NCBI GenBank assembly: GCA_002269645.1
Contig: NIVC01001631.1
Coordinates: 1-26,163, forward strand
Length of the DNA stretch: 26,163 nt
Origin: Macrostomum lignano
Lineage: Eukaryota
Direction of reading: 5' to 3'
The position numbers were made by a program, and so were the translations under genes. A model generated the notes under the pieces. It ran no database searches. It saw nothing but the letters and a program-made list of their open reading frames with translations, and was not told the origin of the DNA. Of this stretch, positions 1-12,100 are shown one piece after another (the first letter of the stretch is position 1; the number at the start of each line of letters is the position of its first letter).

Positions 1-1205
1 AGTCTCACCCTCCGAGAGTCTCACACCCTCCGAGAGTCTCACTCTCGAGAGTCTAACCTCCGTGAGTCTAACCGTCCGTGAATCTCACCCTCCGAGAGTC
101 TCACCCTCCAATAGAGAAGTCTCACTTCCAATTAGTGAGTCTCACCCTCGAGAGTTTCACCCTCCAAGAGTCTCACACCCTCGAGAGTCTCACCTCCGAG
201 AGTCTAACCCTCCGTGAGTCTAACCCTCCGTGAATCTCACCCTCCGAGAGTCTCACCCTCCAATAGAGAGTCTCACCTTCCAATAGTGAGTCTCACCCTC
301 CGAGAGTTTCACCCTCCGAGAGTCTCACACCCTCCGGAGTCTCACCTCCGAGAGTCTCACCTCCGAGAGTCTCACCTCCGAGAGTCTCACCTCCGAGAGT
401 CTCACCCTCCGAGAGTCTCACCCTCCGAGAGTCTCACCTCCGAGAGTCTAACCCTCCGTGAGTCTAACCCTCCGTGAATCTCACCCTCCGAGAGTCTCAC
501 CCTCCAATAGAGAGTCTCACCTTCCAATAGTGAGTCTCACCCTCCGAGAGTTTCACCCTCCGAGAGTCTCACACCCTCCGAGAGTCTCACCTCCGAGAGT
601 CTCACCTCCGAGAGTCTCACCTCCGAGAGTCTCACCTCCGAGAGTCTCACCCTCCGAGAGTCTCACCCTCCGAGAGTCTCACCTCCGAGAGTCTCACCCT
701 CCGAGAGTCTCACCCTCCGAGAGTCTCACACCCTCCGAGAGTCTCACACCCTCGAGAGTCTCACCTCCGAGAGTCTCACCTCCGAGAGTCTCACCCTCCG
801 AGAGTCTCACCCTCCGAGAGTCTCATACCCTCCGAGAGTCTCACCTCTAAGATTCTCACCCTCCGAGAGTCTCACACCCTCCGAGAGTCTCACCCTCCGA
901 GAGTCTCACACCCTCGAGAGTCTCACCTCCGAGAGTCTCACCTCCGAGAGTCTCACCCTCCGAGAGTCTCACCCTCCGAGAGTCTCATACCCTCCGAGAG
1001 TCTCACCTCTAAGATTCTCACCCTCCGAGAGTCTCACACCCTCCGAGAGTCTCACCCTCCGAGAGTCTCACACCCTCCGAGAGTCTCATACCCTCGAGAG
1101 TCTCACCCTCGAGAGTTTCATACCCTCCGAGAGTCTCACCTCCGAGAGTCTCACCCTCCGAGAGTCTCACACCCTCCGAGAGTCTCACCCTCCGAGAGTC
1201 TCACC
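1..1205. repeat. Minisatellite, 15-18 bp unit (C)CCTCCGAGAGTCTCA(CA)
   Basis: Direct inspection; runs off the window start and ends about 30 nt before the exon 1 acceptor. Confidence 0.95.
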
Positions 1206-1234
1206 TTGGCGATTCCGTTCCCCTCGAACCGCAG

Positions 1235-1369
1235 AGCTGCTCGACGTGCCCTGCAGGCGTGACAATGACTACGCCTGCGCCCAGGTGAAGGACAGCGTGT
1301 GCGCTCCTAACGAGGCCAGGTGCGTCTGTCCGACAGACACAGTGTACGCGGCACATCGGCATCAGTGCA
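1235..1369 (+). CDS. ZP gene exon 1 (in window): 6-Cys EB-like module
   Basis: ccgcag|AG...TGCA|gtgagt, 135 nt, phase 1-1; [44 protein letters not shown]. Confidence 0.85.
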
Positions 1370-4300
1370 GTGAGTGGCCTCGTTATCTACTGCTAATTTT
1401 CTGCGTAAGACTGTAATGTTCCATAGCCTAGATGCTGGCGACTGTGTAAGAGTCTGTAATGACTGTAAGTAAGTCTGTAATGACTGTGTAAGCATGTCTG
1501 TAATGACTGTAAGTAAGTCTGTAATGACTGTGTAAGCATGTCTGTAATGACTGTGTAAGTAAGTCTGTAATGACTGTGTAAGCATGTCTGTAATGACTGT
1601 GTAAGCATGTCTGTAATGACTGTGTAAGCATGTCTGTAATGACTGTGTCAGCATGTCTGTAATGACTGTGTAAGCATGTCTGTAATGACTGTGTAAGCAT
1701 GTCTGTAATGACTGTGTAAGCATGTCTGTAATGACTGTGTAAGTAAGTCTGTAATGACTGTGTAAGCATGTCTGTAATGACTGTGTAAGCATGTCTGTAA
1801 TGACTGTGTAAGCATGTCTGTAATGACTGTGTATGCATGTCTGTAATGACTGTGTAAGTAAGTCTGTAATGAATTTGTAATCATGTCTGTAATGACTGTG
1901 TAAGCATGTCTGTAATGACTGTGTAAGTAAGTCTGTAATGAATTTGTAATCATGTCTGTAATGACTGTGTAAGCATGTCTGTAATGACTGTGTAAGCATG
2001 TCTGTAATGACTGTGTAAGCATGTCTGTAATGACTGTGTAAGTAAGTCTGTAATGAATTTGTAATCATGTCTGTAATGACTGTGTAAGCATGTCTGTAAT
2101 GACTGTGTAAGCATGTCTGTAATGACTGTGTAAGCATGTCTGTAATGACTGTGTAAGCATGTCTGTAATGACTGTGTAAGCATGTCTGTAATGACTGTGT
2201 AAGCATGTCTGTAATGACTGTGTAAGCATGTCTGTAATGACTGTGTAAGTAAGTCTAATGAATTTGTAAGTCCGCAATGCCTGTAAAACAGTCCGTAATG
2301 ACCTTGAGAGTCTACGGTACTAGGTAAGAGCCTGTATCATTGTCTGCTGCATGCCTTAGAGCAATAAATCTGGACTCAAATAAAAGCTTGAGCTGCCTGC
2401 CACCCCCGCAGAGCACCGCTACTCCAACAGCCCGCAGCCGCAGTACTGCAAGTCCTGCGAATCGAAGGCGGTGTCTGCTTCAAGGAGGACGAGGTGGCCG
2501 AGTGAGTGCTTCCGGGAAATCCGGGCCCATCTTCTACGCTTAGCTCCGTTGCCGAGGGCCGCAGCAAGCAGCCGGTCAGCCACCTGTTCTCCAATGCCCC
2601 CCCTCCAATCTCCCCGGGGAGTCATTGATCCCCTGGGGGAAAATTCATTCGGATCCAATTTGGGCAGTCTGAATTAAAGTTCCCCATCGGCTAACCGCTA
2701 GCCTCTGTCCCTGGAAGAGCCTGCTCTCCTTCCTCTCCGCGCTTTCTGCTCAGCTTCTTCTTCTTCTAGGAGAGAAGGGAGCCAAGGCAGGAGAAATATC
2801 CCCTACATCCGAAACCGCCCCGGCAGCAAGCGGGTCAGTTAATTAGCAGCCTCCTCCTCCTCTGCATCCTTGAACCATCGGCAGTTTCTCAAACTTTGGA
2901 TGGCACGCAAAATCTGGTGAAGTTTTGTGGCGGCTTGATGGAGCCTGGGATGCTGCTGCAGATGAGTGGCATGTTTTATAGCCGCCTGATTCCATCTGAT
3001 GGCGCCTGTAAATCATCTTTTAGAACTGATGCTCCGGCCCAGCCTTTAGATAATGTATTGCTGTCTGTGATGGACTGGCTGTAGACTGCGGAGCTGGCCT
3101 GCCGTGCGTTGCACAGAAAAGTTACTGAAGGCAGAAACACTGCGTTTTTTGCTCCCCTCTCTGCCCGCCTACTTCCCCTCTCTGCCCGCCTCTTTTTCCC
3201 TCTCTGCTCGCCTCTTTTCCCCTCTCTGCCCGCCTCTCTTCCCCTTCCATACCCGCCTCTCTTCCCCTCTCTGTCCACCTCTCTTCCCCTCTCTGCCCGC
3301 CTATCTTCCTCTCTCTGCCCGCCTCTCTTCCCCTCTCTGCCCGCCTCTTTTCCCCTCTCTGCCCGCCTCTCTTCCTCTCTCTGCCCGCCTCTCTTCCCCT
3401 CTCTGCCCGCCTCTTTTCCCCTCTCTGCCCGCCTCTTTTCCCCTCTCTGCCCGCCTATCTTCCCCTCTCTGCCCGCCTCTTTTCCTCCGTCTGCCCGCCT
3501 CTTTTCCCCTCTCTGCCCGCCTATCTTCCCCTCTCTGCCCGCCTCTCTTCCCCTCTCTGCCCACCTCTTTTCCCCTCTCTGTCCGCCTCTCTTCCGCTCC
3601 ATGCCCGCCTCTCTTCCCCTCTCTGCTCGCCTCTCTTTCCCTCCATGCCCCCTCTCTTCCCCTCTCTGCCCGCCTCTCTTTCCCTCCATGCCCCCCTCTC
3701 TTCCCCTCTCTGCTCGCCTCTTTTCCCCTCTCTGCCCGCCTCTCTTCCCCTTCCATACCCGCCTCTCTTCCCCTCTCTGTCCACCTCTCTTCCCCTCTCT
3801 GCCCGCTTATCTTCCTCTCTCTGCCCGCCTCTCTTCCCCTCTCTGTCCACCTCTTTTCCCCTCTCTGCCCGCCTCTCTTCCTCTCTCTGCCCGCCTCTCT
3901 TCCCCTCTCTGCCCGCCTCTTTTCCCCTCTCTGCCCGCCTCTTTTCCCCTCTCTGCCCGCCTATCTTCCCCTCTCTGCCCGCCTCTTTTCCTCCGTCTGC
4001 CCGCCTCTTTTCCCCTCTCTGCCCGCCTATCTTCCCCTCTCTGCCCGCCTCTCTTCCCCTCTCTGCCCACCTCTTTTCCCCTCTCTCCCCGCCTCTTTTC
4101 CTCTCTCTGCCCGCCTCTCTTCCCCTCTCTGCTCGCCTCTCTTCCCCTCTCTGCCCGCCTATCTTCCCCTCTCTGTCCGCCTCTCTTCCGCTCCATGCCC
4201 GCCTCTCTTCCCCTCTCTGCTCGCCTCTCTTTCCCTCCATGCCCCTCTCTTCCCCTCTCTGCCCGCCTCTCTTTCCCTCCATGCCCCCCTCTCTTCCCCT

Positions 4301-7300
4301 CTCTGCCCGCCTCTCTTCCCCTCTCTGCTCGCCTCTTTTCCCCTCTCTGCCCGCCTATCTTCCCCTCTCTGCCCGCCTCTCTTCCCCTCTCTGCCCACCT
4401 CTTTTCCCCTCTCTGTCCGCCTCTCTTCCGCTCCATGCCCGCCTCTCTTCCCCTCTCTGCTCGCCTCTCTTTCCCTCCATGCCCCTCTCTTCCCCTCTCT
4501 GCCCGCCTCTCTTTCCCTCCATGCCCCCCTCTCTTCCCCTCTCTGCCCGCCTCTTTTCCTCTCTCTGCCCGCCTATCTTACCCTCTCTGCCCGCCTATCT
4601 TACCCTCTCTGCTCGCCTCTCTTCCCTGTATTTTCGATTCCCCTCCAATTTCGTTAGATTTCGCACCCGACAGCTGCAGCAGCCGCCCTCTCGCCTCCCC
4701 GCCCACTTGCAGGAGCTCCGGGCCCGTGCTGACCGAGGGCGGCTTGACCTTCCGTCTCGGCTGCGCCTGTCCTGGAAACCGGGGCACCGCCCGGATTGGC
4801 AAGGTGGACACCTGGGTTGAGCCGATCTGCTCAACAAGACTCCGTGAGTTCAAGTCGCGCTCCTTCTTACGCTTCCTTTGCTTCAAGTCAAACTCATGAG
4901 CGAGCAGCGAATTCTGCAGGGCGGGGTCGCCAGAAATCGGGGGGGGGAGTTGCCAGCATCCGATTCTAATCAGTTCTGCACGCAACTTCATCGATCCCCG
5001 GCCGGGACTCGTTCCCGTATATCCGCTCTCGGACAGCTTGGCTTCGGGCAGCCGTGAGGCAACAGCTTGAGCAGGCTAATTTCATTGCGATCTCTGTTTG
5101 TAGACAGGATTTGAGTATCTCTGAGATTTGAGTATCTCTGAGATTTGAGTATCTCTGGGATTTTCATGAGTATCTCTGAGATTTGAGTATCTCTGGGATT
5201 TTCATGAGTATCTCTGGGATTTGAGTATCTCTGGGATTTTCATGAGTATCTCTGGGATTTGAGTATCTCTGGGATTTGAGTATCTCTGGGATTTGAGTAT
5301 CTCTGGGATTTGAGTATCTCTGAGATTTGAGTATCTCTGAGATTTGAGTATCTCTGAGATTTGAGTATCTCTGAGATTTGAGTATCTCTGGGATTTTCAT
5401 GAGTATCTCTGAGATTTGAGTATCTCTGGGATTTGAGAATCTTTTGGAGACTTTTCGAGTTGGAATTTTCGACATAAAACTTCCGAATAAAATATTCCAA
5501 AACTTTTCTCAAGACAATTTTCTTTCCTTTGTTTTAACTTCTTACAAGGCGACATCGGCGACCCGTGCGACGACAGCCAGTTGCTCTGCCGGAGCAAGCG
5601 GGCCATCTGCGGCAAGCCCAGAGACACCGAGACCGACATTCGAAAGTGCCGCTGCCCGGACAGATACGTGGCCGTGTACCAGCAGTGGCTGCACTACTAT
5701 GAGTGCTGTGAGTAGGCTGCGCGTTTTTCTAGAATTTTTAGAGGTAATTTGCTAAAAAAAGAAAAAATGTACTTAATAGCTTGGCTAGTCTTGCACATTT
5801 TGTACATACACTGTCCATAAGAACACTACAGACACCTTGAGAACACTACAGACACAGTGAGAACACTACAGACACCGTGAGAACACTACAGACACAGTGA
5901 GAACACTACAGACACCGCGAGAACACTACAGACACAGTGAGAACACTACAGACACCGTAAGAACACTACAGACACAGTGAGAACACTACAGACACCGTGA
6001 GAACACTGCAGACACAGTGAGAACACTGCAGACACAGTGAGAACAATACAGACACAGTGAGAACACTACAGACACCATGAGAACACTACAGACATAGTGA
6101 GAACACTACAGACACAGTGAGAACACTACAGACACAGTGAGAACACTACAGACACCGTGAGAACACTACAGACACAGTGAGAACACTACAGACACAGTGA
6201 GAACACTACAGACACCGTGAGAACACTACAGACACCGTGAGAACACTACAGACACCATGAGAACAATACAGACACAGTGAGAACAATACAGACACAGTGA
6301 GAACACTACAGACACCATGAGAACACTACAGACATAGTGAGAACACTACAGACACAGTGAGAACACTACAGACACAGTGAGAACAATACAGACACAGTGA
6401 GAACACTACAGACACCATGAGAACACTACAGACATAGTGAGAACACTACAGACACAGTGAGAACACTACAGACACAGTGAGAACACTACAGACACCATGA
6501 GAACACTACAGACACAGTGAGAACACTACAGACACCGTGAGAACACTACAGACACAGTGAGAACACTACAGACACCGTGAGAACACTACAGACACCGTGA
6601 GAACACTACAGACACCATGAGAACAATACAGACACAGTGAGAACAATACAGACACAGTGAGAACACTACAGACACCGTGAGAACACTACAGACACAGTGA
6701 GAACACTACAGACACCGTGAGAACACTACAGACACCGTGAGAACACTACAGACACAGTGAAAACACCACAGACACCGTGAGAACACTACAGACACCGTGA
6801 CAACACTACAGACACAGTGAGAACACTACAGACACCGTAAGAACACTACAGACACTGTGAGAACACTACAGACACCGTAAGAACACTACAGACACTGTGA
6901 GAACACTACAGACACAGTGAGAACACTACAGACACCGTGAGAACACTACAGACACCGTGAGAACACTACAGACACAGTGAGAACACTACAGACACCGTGA
7001 GAACACTACAGACACCGTGACAACACTACAGACACAGTGAGAACACTACAGACACCGTAAGAACACTACAGACACAGTGAGAACACTACAGACACAGTGA
7101 GAACACTACAGACACCGTGAGAACACTACAGACACCGTGAGAACACTACAGACACCGTAGAAACACTACAGACACCGTGAGAACACTACAGACACCGTGA
7201 CAACACTACAGACATCGCACATAACCCCCAACCATAAAATCAGAGTTATAATGAGAAGTCTCAGCTTATTTAAAACAACTGAGCACTTGATTGACAGGTT

Positions 7301-9065
7301 AAATAGGTGGGGCGACAGTTGAACAACACTTGAGCAAGGCTGGTCATTGAGCTGGCAAAGTCTCAGGGAGTTGTAAATCTGACTCATCTGAGCAGTGCCA
7401 GCAAAGTGTAGAAATTTCTCACCTCTTGTCAGCATCAACTATGCTATAGTTCAGCTCATTAATTATTCATGAGGCGCGCGAAATTGATTTATGTCAGTCA
7501 GTTCTGGAGAGAAGAGCGCGGAAAGGGAAAGTGAGAGCTGGGGCTGAACGGTAAAATGCTAATTTTTGCTTTCTACGAGCCAATTTTAATTGGCAGCAAA
7601 GGCGCTCGGTTTCGCGGGATCTCCTGAGCAATTAAACTATTTGCTACTCATTAATCACCCTGCGGTGGACTCGGGTGACCTCCGATATTTTAATTTCGAA
7701 GCTTTTTTCGCGAGACTGGCTGTTTTGAATCGCTTTTGTTCGGGAGAATCTGACTTGTCTGTGCAAATGCAAGCATCTTGTAGTGAAGGATTGGGTTCTT
7801 TGTTCTGTTATGCTGGGATATTGTGAACTTTGAATATTTGGGGACCTTGAGTATCTCAGGGATTTTAGTATCTGTGGGATTTGAGTATCTCTGGGATTTG
7901 AGTATCTCTGGGATTTGAGTATCTGTGGGATTTGAGTATCTCGTGGATTTGAGTATTTGTGGGATTTGAGTATCTCTGGGATGTGAGTATCCGTGGGATT
8001 TGAGTATCTTTGGGATTTGAGTATCCCTGGGATTTGAGTATCTCTGGGATTTGAGTATCTGTGGGATTTGAGTATCTGGGATTTGAGTATCTCTGGGATT
8101 TGAGTATCTCAGGGATTTGAGTATCTTTGGGATTTGAGTGTCTGTGGGATTTGAGTATCTTTGGGATTTGAGTATCCGTGGGATTTGAGTATCTCTGGGA
8201 TTTGAGTATCTCTGGGATTGAAGTATCTCTGGGATTTGAGTATCTCTGGGATTTGAGTATCTTTGGGATTTGAGTATCTCTGGGATTGAAGTATCTCTGG
8301 GATTTGAGTATCTCTGGGATTTGAGTATCTTTGGGATTTGAGTATCTCTGGGATTTGAGTATCCCTTGGATTTGAGTATCTCAGGGATTTGAGTATCTTT
8401 GGGATTTGAGTATCCCTGGGATTAGAGTATCTCTAGGATTTGAGTATCTCTTGGATTTGAGTATCAATTGGATTTGAGTGTCTCTGGGATTTGAGTATCA
8501 CTTGGATTTGAGTGTCTCTGGGATTAGAGTATCTCTTGGATTTGAGTATCTCTTGGATTTGAGTATCCCTGGGATTAGAGTATCTCTAGGATTTGAGTAT
8601 CTCTTGGATTTGAGTATCAATTGGATTTGAGTGTCTCTGGGATTTGAGTATCACTTGGATTTGAGTGTCTCTGGGATTAGAGTATCTCTTGGATTTGAGT
8701 ATCGCTTGGATTTGAGTATCTATGGTAATAAAGGTAAATCTTAACGACCAAATTCACCCCCACTGCTCCAACTCAGTCAAGACTCTGGACTTGGACTCTG
8801 AGCACTGCAGAGAATGCAAGGCCGCCAAGCAGTACGGCCAGTGCTACGCCGCCACCAACTCCACCGAGACCGGCTGTCTGTGTCCGAAGCGGCTGTCCAC
8901 CCCGAATGTGGAGGGCGCCACTGTCAAGCAGTACTGCTCAAAACAGCACGGTGAGCTTTCGGTTTAGGCGTGTGGGCTGTTCTAAATGCATGTTTAATAT
9001 GTGTTACACTTTGACCCGACCCTTGACCTGACCAATTCTAATAACACCTTTGGCCCAAAACACCT

Positions 9066-9097
<32 letters not shown>

Positions 9098-9141
9098 ACA
9101 CACCTGACCAATTCTGATAACACCTTTGGCCCAAAACACCT

Positions 9142-9176
<35 letters not shown>

Positions 9177-12100
9177 GACCAAATCTAATAACACCTTTGG
9201 CCCAAAACACCTGACACACACACACCTGACCAATTCTAGTAACCCCTTTGACCCAAAACACCTGACACACACACACACACACCTGACCAATTCTAATAAC
9301 CCCTTTGACCCAAAACACCTGACACACACACACACACACACCTGACCAATTCTAATAACACCTTTGACCCAAAACACCTGACACACACACACACACCTGA
9401 CCAATTCTAATAACACCTTTGACCCAAAACACCTGACACACACACACACACACCTGACCAATTCTAATAACACCTTTGACCCAAAACACCTGACACACAC
9501 ACACACACACCTGACCCAAATCTAATAACACCTTTGGCCCAAAACACCTGACACACACACACCTGACCAATTCTAATAACCCCTTTGACCCAAAACACCT
9601 GACACACACACACACACACACCTGACCAAATCTAATAACACCTTTGACCCAAAACACCTGACACACACACACACACACACCTGACCCAAATCTAATAACA
9701 CCTTTGGCCCAAAACACCTGACACACACACACACACCTGACCAATTCTAATAACACCTTTGACCCAAAACACCTGACACACACACACACACACCTGACCA
9801 AATCTAATAACACCTTTGACCCAAAACACCTGACACACACACACACACCTGACCAATTCTAATAACACCTTTGACCCAAAACACCTGACACACACACACC
9901 TGAATACACGGACTCCACAGTGCTATCCCGGCACTAAGAATCCACAGAGCTGGCCAGTCATCAATCAGAGAGCAGGCAGTTTGAAACAAAAATGTTTCGG
10001 CAAACGCAGCCGCGATTGTACAGCCACGAGAATTAACTCTCTGGGGGGTGCTGATTAGCCTCAGGGGGGGGGGGTGGCCCAGTCGGCCGGACAGCTCTCA
10101 AAGATAAGCATCTGCAGCCCAGACACTGGCGCGGAGACTTGACAAGCGCCGACGGCGCAGCAGGGGGTGCCGCCGGACGGCCAGCGGGCTAAGGAGAGAA
10201 TGCAATATAGAATTGGATTTTTCACTCCTGCCTGGCCTCGGGGGGTGGGGGTGGGCGTTTTACACTACCGCGTCAAGATGTGCCAGCCCGATGGCGTGTG
10301 CGATGCACGTGTCCTGACTGTAAGCTGTCACGGCTTCAGTATAGTTACTTTCGAATACAGACTGTTCAAGGATTAGCGAAATTCTCAATTACAGTATTTT
10401 ACAGGTTCAGAAGGTAGTTTACGGTATCTTATAGTCTCAAGGAACACCCTACAGGCCTAAAACAGACATTTACAGAATCAGACAGGCACTTACAGAATCA
10501 GACAGTCATTTACAGAATCTGAAAGAAATTTACAGAATTAGACAGTTATTTACAGAATCAGAGACAGTCATTTTCAGAATTAGAGACAGCTATTTACAGA
10601 ATCAGACAGTCATTTACAGAATCAGAGACAGCTATTTACAGAATCAGACAGTCATTTACAGAATCAGAGACAGTCATTTACAGCACGAGTTATTTCAGGC
10701 TCTAACGGTATTCTAACAGCATTTTACTAAATCAATGAGCTCAGCGAACACCAGCATCCCAAATCCTCTGTCTCCTCATCAGTGTCCGTGAGCTGTCACT
10801 CCAAAAAGATGGTGGTAAAGTTCGACCCCAACTACGACAACCCTCCCTATGACCAGCTAAGAGAAAGGTTGACCAGCAAGAATTCCACAGCCTTCATCGG
10901 GAGCTACGGCAGCCTGCAGCAGCAGCAGCAGGTGTGCCGGCTGCACCCGACCCCAGATGGAGTTTACACGGCCATCCTGGCGCTGGACTCGAACAGCGCC
11001 TGCGGCAGGGGGATAGTTCAGCGGACTCGCTACCCGGTAATGTGGGGTCCGGCTGTTGGGTAGGCATTTGGGTAGACAGCCGGGTAGACAGTTAGGTAGG
11101 CAATTGAGTAGTTTACTGAGCAAACTGTTTCTACGAATTTTTTACGGGCTCGTAAATCTAGACAGTTTAGTAGACGGTTTGGTAGACAGTTTAGTAGACG
11201 GTTTGGTGGACAGTTTAGTAGACGGTTTGGTGGACAGTTTAGTAGACGGTTTGGTGGACAGTTTAGTAGACGGTTTGGTGGACAGTTTAGTAGACGATTT
11301 GGTGGACAGTTTAGTAGACGGTTTGGTGGACAGTTTAGTAGACGGTTTGGTGGACAGTTTAGTAGACGGTTTGGTGGACAGTTTAGTAGACGGTTTGGTG
11401 GACAGTTTAGTAGACGATTTGGTGGACAGTTTAGTAGACGGTTTGGTAGACAGTTTAGTAGACGGTTTGGTGGACAGTTTAGTAGACGGTTTGGTAGACA
11501 GTTTAGTAGACGATTTGGTGGACAGTTTAGTAGACGGTTCGGTAGACAGTTTAGTAGACGATTTGGTGGACAGTTTAGTAGACGATTTGGTAGACAGTTT
11601 AGTAGACGATTTGGTGGACAGTTTAGTAGACGATTTGGTAGACAGTATAGTAGACGATTTGGTAGACAGTTTAGTAGACGATTTGGTGGACAGTTTAGTA
11701 GACGATTTGGTGACAGTTTAGTAGACGGTTTGGTGGACAGTTTAGTAGACGATTTGGTAGACAGTTTAGTAGACGATTTGGTGGACAGTTTAGTAGACGA
11801 TTTGGTAGACAGTATAGTAGACGATTTGGTAGACAGTTTAGTAGACGATTTGGTGGACAGTTTAGTAGACGATTTGGTGGACAGTTTAGTAGACGATTTG
11901 GTGGACAGTTTAGTACACGATTTGGTGGACAGTTTAGTAGACGATTTGGTGGACAGTTTAGTAGACGATTTTGTGGACAGTTTAGTAGACGATTTGGTGG
12001 AAAGTTTAGTAGACGATTTGGTAGACAGTATAGTACACGATTTAGTGGACAGTTTAGTAGAGTTTTGCCTAGAATTTTGTGTAGACAGGTGGACAGTTAG

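Noticed and set aside
214-2277. Long ORFs with SESLT/RESHL and [18 protein letters not shown] repeats
   Set aside because: They are translations of 15-18 bp and 23 bp tandem arrays inside introns, with no start context or homology.
2976-4899. Very long Pro/Leu/Ser-rich and Arg/Gly/Glu-rich ORFs (up to 596 aa)
   Set aside because: Open in nearly all frames because the C/T-only 22-mer cannot form stops. Only the part overlapping 4713-4843 is a real exon.
4578-4991. Antisense ORF with a basic patch ([11 protein letters not shown]) overlapping ZP exon 3
   Set aside because: No recognisable domain and no supporting exon chain on that strand. It could be a TE remnant, but the sequence alone does not support this.
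7215-7846. Unique intronic islands (also 9903-10467 and 13550-13800) checked for nested genes, tRNA, snoRNA, SL RNA or transposon ends
   Set aside because: By eye I found no cloverleaf, box motif pair, Sm site with SL exon, terminal inverted repeat or credible ORF. An Infernal/Rfam and RepeatMasker search would be needed to exclude them fully.
9024-9902. CRISPR-like look (constant repeat plus variable spacer)
   Set aside because: The spacers are only (CA)n rather than unique sequences, there are no cas genes, and the context is a eukaryotic intron.
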